A stretch of 64,000 nucleotides of DNA, from contig CAYRXW010000003.1 in NCBI GenBank assembly GCA_964428335.1, forward strand, positions 54,246 through 118,245, read 5' to 3'. The notes beneath the pieces were generated by a model, which did not search any database, had not been told where the DNA came from, and saw only the letters and a program-made list of their open reading frames with translations. Below are positions 10,235 to 19,444 of this stretch, piece after piece (the first letter of the stretch is position 1; each line of letters begins with the position of its first letter). Both the position numbers and the translations under genes were made by a program. This stretch comes from an uncultured Methanosarcinales archaeon (GTDB lineage Archaea > Nanobdellota > Nanobdellia > Woesearchaeales > GW2011-AR15).

Positions 10235-12007
10235 ATGGGGGGAACCAGAAAAAAACCAGCAAAGGAAAATAAAGAGGACTTGGCTGAGGTTTCTTTTGAT
10301 TTCAAGAACATAAAAAAACTTCTTCCGTTTCTAATCTTAGGGATAATCTTAGTGATTGGCGTATACCAAAGGTTTTATCATATAAATTATCCTATGGTCG
10401 GGTACCATAACTGGAAATCTGCGCATTATTTAACTGAAGCAAGGAATTTTGCAAATGAAGGTTTTTTCAAGCATGGCTTTTTTGTCCCGATGAGGGATAC
10501 TATGGAAAGGAGCAATGAGCCCAGCGATGGCGCGCATGGGGATACTTTTCCGACAACAGGGATAATCATAGGGTTCTTGTTTAGAATCTTTGGCGAGAGC
10601 TTAGTTTTGGCAAGGATAGTAAATATTGTTTTTTCAGTCGGTTATATAATAGCAACATACCTTTTAATAAGAAAATTGTTTGAGCGTGAGGACCTGGCTT
10701 TGCTTACAGCATTCCTTACAGCAGTAAACCCGCTTTATGTATTCTTTAGCCATAATATCCAGATGGACACGCAGGGATTATTTTTTATGGTCTTAGGCCT
10801 TTACTATTATGTCTGCTGGATTAAGAACCAGGAAAAATTCTCAAGCCTTTATCTTGCAAGCTTTTTTATCATGTTTGCCTCAGTCACAAAATACAGCTTT
10901 GCTGTTGCAATAATACCTATAATGATAACATTTCCTTATGCAAAGTTTTTGAAAGACTTAAAAAAATACATAAAACCTCTGGCAATAACAGGGTTTATAT
11001 CAATGATGTTCCCGGCATGGCTTTATTATTCCCAGTATGTAATCAAGAAAACAATCTATGAAGTTAACATCATTGAAACGCAGAGGACAACTTCAGGAAT
11101 TAAGGGACTGCTAAGTTCCATTGACCTAAGCATTGTGTTTGATTCTAATTTCTGGAATGTAATGAAAAGCTATGTTGCTGATAATTATTCACTTATAGGA
11201 ATGAACTTCGCATTCATTGGAATGCTTGTCTTCATGTTCTTGTTTTTAACAAAAAATAGGAAAGAGTTCAGCTATAGATTCACTTTTGGCACAATAATTG
11301 GGATGGTTGCATTCCTGTTCATCATGGGACAGAAATTAAACGGGCACAATTACCACCAGTTCCCTGTTGCACCTTTCATAATCTTTTTTATCTCGTACTT
11401 ATTTGTCGTAATAGGAAGGAACATCGCGTCTTTTTTCAAGGATGATTATGTTAAGTCTATTGTGATTGCATTAGTTATTTTAATAATGCTTTTTGTCTTC
11501 CCAGGCCCAGAAAAAAGCGTATATGCACAATCCATGCAGGGTAAAGACAGGATGTTCAATACACAATTTCCAGGCCTTGATGTTGCAGGGTATTATATCA
11601 GAGACCATTCGCTTCCAAATGAAAGGATACTACATAGCTCCCACCAGAGCTTTGGAGTGCTTTGGCATGCAGGAAGGAAAGGCTACAAGCCACCAAACAC
11701 ACTTGAAGAACTGAAAGAGAATGAAGCTAATTTTAATGCAACGTACCTGTTTGCATACCAATGGGGGATAAATTCATATTTTGGAAATAAGGAAATACTT
11801 GACTATGTTAAGCAGAATTACAGACTGGTGCAGTTTGCATATGTCCAGAACGGGCAGCAGGCATCACCATTGTATTTTGTTTTCAGGAAGGGCGGGACTT
11901 TTGATGATTCAAAACTTAACGAGATACTTGCAAATAAGCCTGTAAAGAAAACAACATACCATTATACAAATGGACCATATGATATATATTCAATAGACCT
12001 TGAATGA
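10235..12007 (+). CDS. GT-C fold membrane glycosyltransferase (PMT_2/ArnT-like)
   Basis: 590 aa, multiple TM helices, acidic first extracellular loop (RDTMERSNEPSDGAHGD), soluble C-terminal domain. Confidence 0.5.
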   Translation: MGGTRKKPAKENKEDLAEVSFDFKNIKKLLPFLILGIILVIGVYQRFYHINYPMVGYHNWKSAHYLTEARNFANEGFFKHGFFVPMRDTMERSNEPSDGAHGDTFPTTGIIIGFLFRIFGESLVLARIVNIVFSVGYIIATYLLIRKLFEREDLALLTAFLTAVNPLYVFFSHNIQMDTQGLFFMVLGLYYYVCWIKNQEKFSSLYLASFFIMFASVTKYSFAVAIIPIMITFPYAKFLKDLKKYIKPLAITGFISMMFPAWLYYSQYVIKKTIYEVNIIETQRTTSGIKGLLSSIDLSIVFDSNFWNVMKSYVADNYSLIGMNFAFIGMLVFMFLFLTKNRKEFSYRFTFGTIIGMVAFLFIMGQKLNGHNYHQFPVAPFIIFFISYLFVVIGRNIASFFKDDYVKSIVIALVILIMLFVFPGPEKSVYAQSMQGKDRMFNTQFPGLDVAGYYIRDHSLPNERILHSSHQSFGVLWHAGRKGYKPPNTLEELKENEANFNATYLFAYQWGINSYFGNKEILDYVKQNYRLVQFAYVQNGQQASPLYFVFRKGGTFDDSKLNEILANKPVKKTTYHYTNGPYDIYSIDLE

Positions 12008-12074
12008 TTTTTTTATCATACTTCATCATACTTTTTCATAATCTTTAAATAAGCACAGCTTTTACTCTTGGTTC

Positions 12075-12908
12075 ATGAAGGAACGGCTTACAATAACGCT
12101 TAATTCAGGCACGCTTGAAGAGATTGACAAGCTGATTGATGGCAATAAAATAAAGAACAGGAGCCATGCTATTGAGGTAACCTTAGGAAGGATACTCAAT
12201 AACAGGCCAAGAAAAGCACTTTTACTGCTAGGTGGGAAAGGCACAAGGTTTAGGCCGATAACATATGAGATGCCAAAGGCGCTCTTGCCGGTCCAGGGAA
12301 GGACAGTACCTGAACATATGATTGACCTGCTGAAAAAATATGGGATAACAGACCTTGTTTTTTCCATAGGTTATCTAGGTGATAAGATAAGGGATTATTT
12401 CAGCGATGGAAGCAGGTTTGGGGTTAATATAACATATGTCAAGGAAAACGAGCCAATGGGAAGCGCAGGAGCAATAAAGCTAGCTTCAGGCTTACTTAAA
12501 GACCCATTCGTTGTTACAAATGGAGATGAATTAAAGAACATAAACCTTGATGAGATGTTTGAATTCCACAGGAAAAACAAGGCCTTAATCACAGTTGCCT
12601 TAACAACAGTAGAGAACCCTTCTTTTTATGGAGTTGCAAAGCTTGAAGGAAACAGAGTTCTGGAATTCATAGAAAAGCCACCAAAGGAAAAAGCGCCCAG
12701 CAATTTAGTCAATTCAGGCCTTTCAATATGGGAGCCGGAAGTATTAAAATACATCCCTAAAGGATTCTCAATGTATGAAAAGGACCTATTTCCGATACTT
12801 GCAAGGCAGGGGAAGCTATATGGATATGTATTTTCAGGGCAGTGGTTTGATACAGGAACTCCAGAAAGATATGAGATTGCGATAAAGAACTGGAGAGGGA
12901 TAAACTAA
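12075..12908 (+). CDS. sugar-1-phosphate nucleotidyltransferase with N-terminal ribbon-helix-helix domain
   Basis: LLLGGKGTRFRPITYEMPKALLPV is the NTP-transferase G-rich loop; the N-terminal 45 aa (LTITLNSGTLEEIDKLI...NRSHAIEVTLGRIL) has an RHH beta-alpha-alpha pattern with no intervening start codon. Confidence 0.7.
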   Translation: MKERLTITLNSGTLEEIDKLIDGNKIKNRSHAIEVTLGRILNNRPRKALLLLGGKGTRFRPITYEMPKALLPVQGRTVPEHMIDLLKKYGITDLVFSIGYLGDKIRDYFSDGSRFGVNITYVKENEPMGSAGAIKLASGLLKDPFVVTNGDELKNINLDEMFEFHRKNKALITVALTTVENPSFYGVAKLEGNRVLEFIEKPPKEKAPSNLVNSGLSIWEPEVLKYIPKGFSMYEKDLFPILARQGKLYGYVFSGQWFDTGTPERYEIAIKNWRGIN

Positions 12909-12959
12909 TTCAAACATTTTGATTTCTAGAAGTATAGAAATTACTTCACTTCAAAGAAT

Positions 12960-13013
12960 TGATTTAAACCCTCGAAGGGCCCCCCGAAAGAGACCCTCCT
13001 AGGGAAAAAGAGG
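12960..13013. ncRNA. GC-rich structured intergenic element flanked by direct repeats TGATTTAAAC (candidate small RNA or terminator)
   Basis: ccctcgaagggccccccgaaagagaccctcctagggaaaaagagg is strongly GC-rich in an AT-rich gap and forms hairpins CCCT-cga-AGGG and CCTC...GAGG. Confidence 0.25.
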
Positions 13014-13112
13014 TGAACATGATTTAAACACATGTTGAATTGCTCAACATTTGTTATCATTTTGGAATAGAAACATTATATTTAAAGCTTTCGGATATGA
13101 CTTAATTTTAAA

Positions 13113-13631
13113 GTGGTGACATATTCTTTTTTAAATAGTAAAGTTCTTCGCTTCAGTATGGATATGCACCAGGCAAAAAAAAGGATCCAGAAGGAATTAA
13201 GGCTGAACAAGCTCTTGAAGAAAGGAGATGATGTTACAGTTATAGACGATGATTCAACAGAGGCAAAAATATCCTTGTATTTTCTTAAGAATTCAAACAT
13301 CCCTCTTAACATCAGTGTAAAGAAACTAAAATATAATATAGAAAACAAGATAAAGGCAAAAAAAGCCATAATACCCTGGAATGCTGATATGGAAGGGGAG
13401 CAATTCCTGAAATCAATCTTTGAAGGGAAAAAGCCGGAATTCTTAGGACATTTTACATTAGATAGTACCAAATACATCAAGCTTCTGATATCCTTCAATT
13501 CAAAAGAGATTGAAGAATTAGCAAAATGCCTGAAACTTGAATATAAAAAGAGGGATTCTATCCTTGAAGCTTTGGATGAATACCCTGAGATCAGGCATAG
13601 CCTGCTTCAGAGTTCAAAGCAGTTTAGGTAA
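13113..13631 (+). CDS. hypothetical protein
   Basis: 172-aa ORF, no recognisable motifs. Confidence 0.3.
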   Translation: MVTYSFLNSKVLRFSMDMHQAKKRIQKELRLNKLLKKGDDVTVIDDDSTEAKISLYFLKNSNIPLNISVKKLKYNIENKIKAKKAIIPWNADMEGEQFLKSIFEGKKPEFLGHFTLDSTKYIKLLISFNSKEIEELAKCLKLEYKKRDSILEALDEYPEIRHSLLQSSKQFR

Positions 13632-14861
13632 TCAGCCCAGTTTTTTAGATATTATTTCAGCTGCAAGGACATTTCCCCTGGTGTTCCAGTGCCCGTCATA
13701 TTCCCAGTGCAGCCTTTCTGTGCTGTTCCTGAAATATGGAAGAAGGTCAAGGTAATCAATATCAATATCTTCTGAAAAATTCATCAATATCCTATTAGGC
13801 TTATCCGTTTCATAGCTATAATCTTTCAGTTCAGGGTAAGTATCTTTTAACCTGTCCCAGTCTTCATCATATACCTGCTCAACAGAAGTAGCAGATACAA
13901 GCAAAAATTTTGCATCATTGCTTTCGCTCAGATTTTTAATCTCTTCAATATACCTTAATTCATCATCCCATCTGCCTTTCCAGGTATCGTCATAATCTTC
14001 TACATAGATTTCATAATTTGTAATATGCTGGTTCCTGTACTTTTTTTCCATCCCCTTGTTTAATACCCTATCTCCAAGCATGCTTGCCTTCTGTATGAAA
14101 AAATCCACAGTTCTTATCTTTAAAATCTTATCCAGGAAAAATCTGCTTTTGCCTGATCCATATTTTTCATATCTAATATTATCTATAATGTCATTTTGCG
14201 CCTGGAAAAGAAGGATGACTTTTTTAGGGTGATAAATGGATGAATAATGCTTCAGAATAGCAAGCTGATCCCTTGTTCCATATCCTCCGACACCGAAATT
14301 ATACACTTCTATTCTTTCATCCTTTTCCTTTAGGCTTTCTTCCAGCTTTACATGCATACAATCTGAATAATTCACATGAAAGCATTCAGCAAATGAATCA
14401 CCTAAAAGGAAAACAACCTCTGAATCGTTTGATGAAAATGCATCATCCAAAAATCCTTCGCTGTTTGATTCCCTGTAAAACCTTGGCCCATCCTTTAATT
14501 CAAAGCAGTGCGTCATTTCTGGAATGAACTTGAACTGCACATCACCAAAAAAATGCTCTTTCTTTGCGGTGCAGCCAAGCAGATTCAAAGAGAGTTCAAA
14601 TATGAATATGCATAATAAAAAAGATAAAATCATAATGGAAATCTCTTTCCTTTTCCTGTATATGAGCCTTGGCCTGATGATAAGGAAAAGGCCTATTAAT
14701 ATTATTATCATATCAACAAAAACTATTGCAAAAAACATCCCAACCCCAGTTATCCTGCTATCAACACTTAAAACCTTACCAACAGTGATAGGATTTAATA
14801 TGAATGCAGAAATTACAACAAGAAAACCAAGAAACCTTATTGCTTTAGGAAAATTCATCAA
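13632..14861 (-). CDS. membrane-anchored SGNH/GDSL-like hydrolase or acyltransferase (AlgX/DltD-like)
   Basis: N-terminal TM; VVFLLGDSFAECF (GDS block I) and C-terminal YDGHWN (DxxH block V). Confidence 0.5.
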   Translation of the reverse strand: MMNFPKAIRFLGFLVVISAFILNPITVGKVLSVDSRITGVGMFFAIVFVDMIIILIGLFLIIRPRLIYRKRKEISIMILSFLLCIFIFELSLNLLGCTAKKEHFFGDVQFKFIPEMTHCFELKDGPRFYRESNSEGFLDDAFSSNDSEVVFLLGDSFAECFHVNYSDCMHVKLEESLKEKDERIEVYNFGVGGYGTRDQLAILKHYSSIYHPKKVILLFQAQNDIIDNIRYEKYGSGKSRFFLDKILKIRTVDFFIQKASMLGDRVLNKGMEKKYRNQHITNYEIYVEDYDDTWKGRWDDELRYIEEIKNLSESNDAKFLLVSATSVEQVYDEDWDRLKDTYPELKDYSYETDKPNRILMNFSEDIDIDYLDLLPYFRNSTERLHWEYDGHWNTRGNVLAAEIISKKLG

Positions 14862-14910
14862 TCTAAGATTACCAAAAAGCTTATTTAATAACCTTACTAA
14901 TTAAATCAAA

Positions 14911-15696
14911 ATGAAAAAAGCAATCTTCCTGTTCCTTATTTTTTTAACTGCATGCACTATCACAACAAACGTTATATATGAACCAAAATCAGACATTGAA
15001 GTACATTTCTGCCCCAGGGATATGTGCATGGAGAACCTGATTGAATTGATTGATAAAAGCACAGAGATAAAATGCGCATTCTATGAATTGAACCTGCCTG
15101 AACTGATAGAAGCGTTAAATAAAAAAAATGCAGATGTTGTCATAGAAGACAGCGAATTTGAGGATGAGATGCATGAAGGTTACCATACAGGATATTCATT
15201 TGCCCTCATGCACAACAAGTTCTGTGTTTTTGACAGGAATACAGTATGGAGCGGAAGCTTTAATCCAACTGAGAGAGGAAACTATTATAATAATGAGAAT
15301 GCAATAATGATAAAATCCAGTGCGCTAGCGGAAAATTACCTGGAAGAATTCTATGAGCTGAAAGAGGATGTTTATGGGGAAGGAAGCAAGGTAAAAACTC
15401 CTGTTGTTTATAACGGGGAAATAAAGATAGAGAATTATTTCTGCCCTGAAGACAACTGCAAGCTTCATGTCCTTGAAACACTGAGAAAAAGAAACAGCTC
15501 AATCTATTTCATGACATTCAGTTTTACAGATGAGGACATCGCAAACTTACTTTGGAATTCATACCATGAAGGAATAGAGGTTAAAGGCGTATTGGAAGAA
15601 AGACAGCTTAGCGAACATTCGCAGTATGATACACTAAAAAAATTCTCAATAATTGATACAAATCCTTTCACGATGCACCAAAATATTGCTTTATGA
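14911..15696 (+). pseudogene. two-HKD (PLD-family) secreted nuclease, 5' fragment interrupted by the mobile element
   Basis: Lipoprotein-like N-terminus (FLTACTITT); first HKD motif MHNKFCVFDRNTVWSGSFNPT; ORF ends ...NPFTMH-QNIAL* exactly where the second HKD motif should begin. Confidence 0.7.
15674..15680. repeat. 7-bp direct repeat TGCACCA, left copy (att core/overlap or target-site duplication)
   Basis: Identical heptamer at 36079-36085; both abut the terminal inverted repeats. Confidence 0.7.
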
Positions 15697-15703
15697 ATAC
15701 TTT
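15681..15703. repeat. left terminal inverted repeat AAATATTGC-TTT-ATGAATACTTT
   Basis: Reverse complement of 36056-36078 (AAAGTATTCAT-ATC-GCAATATTT); 20 of 23 positions match and both 9-nt and 11-nt arms are perfect. Confidence 0.7.
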
Positions 15704-15765
15704 ATTCTAGTTAGATGCGAATTTTGGCTAAAATCCTATAAATAAACTAAGTAGAGGTATTCATC

Positions 15766-17073
15766 ATGACTGTTACTAAAGAAATGCTATTCAAATATTC
15801 AAAAAATGGAAAGCTTCATACTGTGAATGAAAAGGCAATAAAAGAGCTAGAACTTGAAAATAAGTGTGTAGCTTATTATTCTAGTTCAAACTTAAATCCT
15901 GAACAAAAAAGCCTTCTAAAGGGTTATTATGAGCATTTACAGGGTACTAGGGATAAAGTTACCAGTATGAAATCCATCTATAATGAGATGATTAATATAT
16001 ATCAGGTCTTACGAAAGGTCAATATTCCTGTTAAATCTATAACTAGAACAGATATTGATAGATATTATGCTAATGCTAGGGATTTGAAAGCTAAATTTGA
16101 GAAAAAGCTCTCTCATTCATCTATAATTCACAGGAATGTGGTTTTTAAGAAGTTTATGAAATGGTATTATGAAACAAAGCTTCGGAAGAAATTCTCAAAA
16201 GATGAATATCCCGCTTGTGTAAACCATCTATCTACTAAAAGAATGGCAAGGGAACTTAATTTAAGTGATTTACCTACAAGATTGGAAACCTTTGAACTAG
16301 TAAAGGTTGCTGATAACCTTAGAGATAAGTTAATTCCTAAGTTTTTAAGGGAAACAGGAGCAAGATGTGGTGAAGTTATTAATCTGAACATTAGTGATGT
16401 TACAGTCCAAGATAAATATGCGGATGTATATTTATATGGAAAGGGTCAGAAGGGAAGAAATATTGTGATTGTGGAGTGTGTTCCTGATATCAAGGAATTT
16501 CTAAATTCACATCCTTATGCAGATAATCCAAATGCTCCTTTTTTCTTGAATATTAGCTATGGATTTTATGGTAGAAGATTACTTTATCTAGGATACTTAG
16601 AAGTTGTTAAAAGATTAGCTTCTAGGGCTGGATTAAAGAAAAATATATCCCCTCATATGTTCAGACATTCAAGAGCTACTGAATTAGCAGCTTTAGGATG
16701 GACTGAACCAATGCTTAGAGAGTATTTTGGATGGTCTAAAACATCCAGAATGCCTACACTTTATGTTCATCTCGGACAATCCGATGTTAAGAAGAAAATA
16801 CTTGAAATGCATGGTCTTCTTAACAAGGAGGAGAGCAAGCAAGACAAGGATGAAAGAAACGCGTTAAAACCTAGGTCTTGTGTTCTATGTAATAAGGAGA
16901 ATCCTTCTGATAAGGTATACTGTGAATGTGGTGCACCACTAGACCTTAAGACAGTAATGCAGGAAAGGAAGAAGAAGGAAGAAACAGAGAACAAGCTTAC
17001 TGAGTTGTTCAGGGATGAAGGATTCCAAGGCTTAGTCTTGGACTATCTAAAAAATAAACAAAAGGTGATGTAA
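15766..17073 (+). CDS. tyrosine recombinase/integrase (XerC/D-like) with C-terminal zinc ribbon
   Basis: Catalytic region HMFRHSRATELA...LYVHLG (R, HxxR, Y); C-terminal CVLCNKENPSDKVYCECGAP. Confidence 0.8.
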   Translation: MTVTKEMLFKYSKNGKLHTVNEKAIKELELENKCVAYYSSSNLNPEQKSLLKGYYEHLQGTRDKVTSMKSIYNEMINIYQVLRKVNIPVKSITRTDIDRYYANARDLKAKFEKKLSHSSIIHRNVVFKKFMKWYYETKLRKKFSKDEYPACVNHLSTKRMARELNLSDLPTRLETFELVKVADNLRDKLIPKFLRETGARCGEVINLNISDVTVQDKYADVYLYGKGQKGRNIVIVECVPDIKEFLNSHPYADNPNAPFFLNISYGFYGRRLLYLGYLEVVKRLASRAGLKKNISPHMFRHSRATELAALGWTEPMLREYFGWSKTSRMPTLYVHLGQSDVKKKILEMHGLLNKEESKQDKDERNALKPRSCVLCNKENPSDKVYCECGAPLDLKTVMQERKKKEETENKLTELFRDEGFQGLVLDYLKNKQKVM

Positions 17074-17074
17074 A

Positions 17075-17623
17075 ATGAGAATTGGGATACTAGTAAATGA
17101 TTGTCTAATAGGTGCACTAAATCTGGAGACAATAAAGAAAATGACAGATAAACAAAAAAAACAAATTAGGTTTAGCAAAGACAAACTTATAAAAAAATAT
17201 GGAAAAAGAAATTATAATTTTGTAAGTAAGACTATACTTAATTCAGAACCAAAATTCTACTTACTAATAGATGGAAGAATTATAATAGGGAATATGCATC
17301 GGTTAAATAATCAACACTTACCTTTACTTCTAGAAATTTACTCACTTTTAAAACTAAGAGAGATTGGTTATAAAATAAAAGATATTAGAGATGCAAAGGT
17401 TGGTTTTCAATGTTTACCTATAGGGATGTTGGATAAAGAGAATCATTTTAAACCAAATATTAGAAATATTAATAGGATTAGAAAAGCAGACAAGAAAGAT
17501 GGTGAATCACTAAAGATAATAAGTTTTCATGTAATTAGGGAAGCAAATAAGAAAATAGAAAATAAAAAAATATTGAAAGAGGATAAATTAAAGCCACAGA
17601 AATCAACTTATGCAAATTTATAA
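17075..17623 (+). CDS. hypothetical protein (element cargo)
   Basis: 182-aa ORF starting 1 nt after the integrase stop. Confidence 0.35.
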   Translation: MRIGILVNDCLIGALNLETIKKMTDKQKKQIRFSKDKLIKKYGKRNYNFVSKTILNSEPKFYLLIDGRIIIGNMHRLNNQHLPLLLEIYSLLKLREIGYKIKDIRDAKVGFQCLPIGMLDKENHFKPNIRNINRIRKADKKDGESLKIISFHVIREANKKIENKKILKEDKLKPQKSTYANL

Positions 17624-17978
17624 CTGTTGCAAATTGGAGAGATAATGAGAAAATCTTGAACAATTCAATTTATACCTTAATTTTTTTAATTACTCTATCT
17701 TTGGACAGATTCAAATAAATAATTGAAAATACCTAATGTACCTTTGTTGTATCTTATGAAATTGACTGTAAAATTTATTGATTATTCTGTTTTTACATTT
17801 ACATCTATAAAGTGTTAAAGATGCTTTCTATCATTAAAGTATTGGATAGATTTCAATGAAAATTGGGATAGATTTTTAAAATATTTAGTGAAAGATGTTG
17901 CAAGTCTTGGATTAATTTAGTTCCATGACTTTCACAAATAGATAATTTGATAAAGTAGTGTAGGAAAAAAACTTGAGG

Positions 17979-18242
17979 TTAGAATTTCACTTTACTTTTT
18001 TCCTTTGGTTTTGGTAGCTTTTTGAGAGTTCTTTTAGTGTATTCTTTTAAAATAATATCAACCATTTTACCAACATTATCAAATGCTATCATCTTTGACT
18101 GTTTCTTTTTATTAAATTCATCATAAACCTCAATTCTACCGTAAGTTCTTGCAACATTCTTTCTAAGTATCTTATATGAATCATCTAATGGTAAATACAA
18201 ATAACCTGTAAATTTTAGACATCTTTTTTCATTAATCATCAA
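17979..18242 (-). CDS. hypothetical small protein
   Basis: 87-aa ORF, basic C-terminus. Confidence 0.3.
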   Translation of the reverse strand: MMINEKRCLKFTGYLYLPLDDSYKILRKNVARTYGRIEVYDEFNKKKQSKMIAFDNVGKMVDIILKEYTKRTLKKLPKPKEKSKVKF

Positions 18243-18347
18243 ATCACCTTTATTTCTTATTTTCTCTAAAGTAAGAGATTAAAGGTATATTAATTTCACT
18301 CTTTCTAATAATAACCTTTTTAATTTGTTATAGTTTAATCAACTTCA

Positions 18348-18896
18348 ATGGCAATAAAACCACTACCTATCCATCTTGATAAAAGACGTAAAGTATCAGA
18401 TGAAGATGCTGATGAGATGAGATTACTACATAGAAAGGGTTTAAGCTATGAAAAGATAGCTGATATTTTTGGAGTAACCGATTCTACTGTCAATTATTGG
18501 GTAAATCCTGAATGGAGAAGGAAAAAAATTGAATTATCTAGTAATGATTCTTATGAGAGATATCATTTTGAACCAGAATATAAATTAAAACATAAAGAGG
18601 CTCAGAAGAGAACAGAAAAACGACATGGAAAGAGATTAAAATTATTAAAAGAAGAATATAGAAAACTACATCCTGAAAAAGTAAATGAGGCAAGTAAGAA
18701 TTGGAGAGATAAGAACAAAGAAAAAATAAAACAACTAAATAAACAATATTGGAATGACTATAAGGAAAGGAAATACTATAGTAAAATGATTTGGACATGG
18801 AAAATAAAATTAAGACAAGCTAAAACAAAGAATAGATTAAGGTATTGTAGAGAAAAAATCAAGCATTATCAAACCTTGAAATTTAAGAACCAATAA
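18348..18896 (+). CDS. HTH DNA-binding protein with basic coiled C-terminal region
   Basis: LSYEKIADIFGVTDSTVNYWVN is a sigma70-region-4 or transposase-type HTH; K/R-rich tail. Confidence 0.45.
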   Translation: MAIKPLPIHLDKRRKVSDEDADEMRLLHRKGLSYEKIADIFGVTDSTVNYWVNPEWRRKKIELSSNDSYERYHFEPEYKLKHKEAQKRTEKRHGKRLKLLKEEYRKLHPEKVNEASKNWRDKNKEKIKQLNKQYWNDYKERKYYSKMIWTWKIKLRQAKTKNRLRYCREKIKHYQTLKFKNQ

Positions 18897-18897
18897 G

Positions 18898-19392
18898 TTA
18901 CGGAAAGTATATTTTTATCGTTTCATATATTAGAAATATAATAAGTCCCATTATTATGACAATAGGGATAATAAAAAGTTGATTATCTTTTTGTTGACCT
19001 AAATAGTTAAAAAGAGTTACAAATGCAACAGCAAATCCCGTCAAAGCAATAACTTTATTTATTTTAACTTGTGAATGTTGGATATTCGTCTGTTGTTCCA
19101 TCAATTTAAGTTGATTTTCTGCAATAGTTGTTTGTACTTTTAATAAGTTCATTTCTAATTTATCTTTTATTTTTCTTCTAGTATTATCAGCAAGTTTTCT
19201 AATATTCTCAATAGGATATTCTATACGAGATTCACCTTTTCTAAAGGTTGGTTGAACTTCTGAAACAATGTTTGTTAAATTTTGTTTTGAAATAACAGAT
19301 TTTAAATGTGGTGGTATCTGACCTTGAGATTCAGGATATTTAAGCCAATATTCTAATAATGCTAATCTATGTTCATCTGAAACTGGTTCCAT
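18898..19392 (-). CDS. coiled-coil protein with C-terminal TM anchor
   Basis: 164 aa; C-terminal hydrophobic stretches FAVAFVTLFNYL and IIPIVIIMGLIIFLIY. Confidence 0.35.
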   Translation of the reverse strand: MEPVSDEHRLALLEYWLKYPESQGQIPPHLKSVISKQNLTNIVSEVQPTFRKGESRIEYPIENIRKLADNTRRKIKDKLEMNLLKVQTTIAENQLKLMEQQTNIQHSQVKINKVIALTGFAVAFVTLFNYLGQQKDNQLFIIPIVIIMGLIIFLIYETIKIYFP

Positions 19393-19444
19393 GCACGAAG
19401 AAAAGTTGTTTCTATATATATAGATTTAGTCTACTATCTTACAA

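Noticed and set aside
12062-12592. Minus-strand ORFs 12062-12367 and 12395-12592
   Set aside because: Overlap the well-supported nucleotidyltransferase on the + strand; no motifs.
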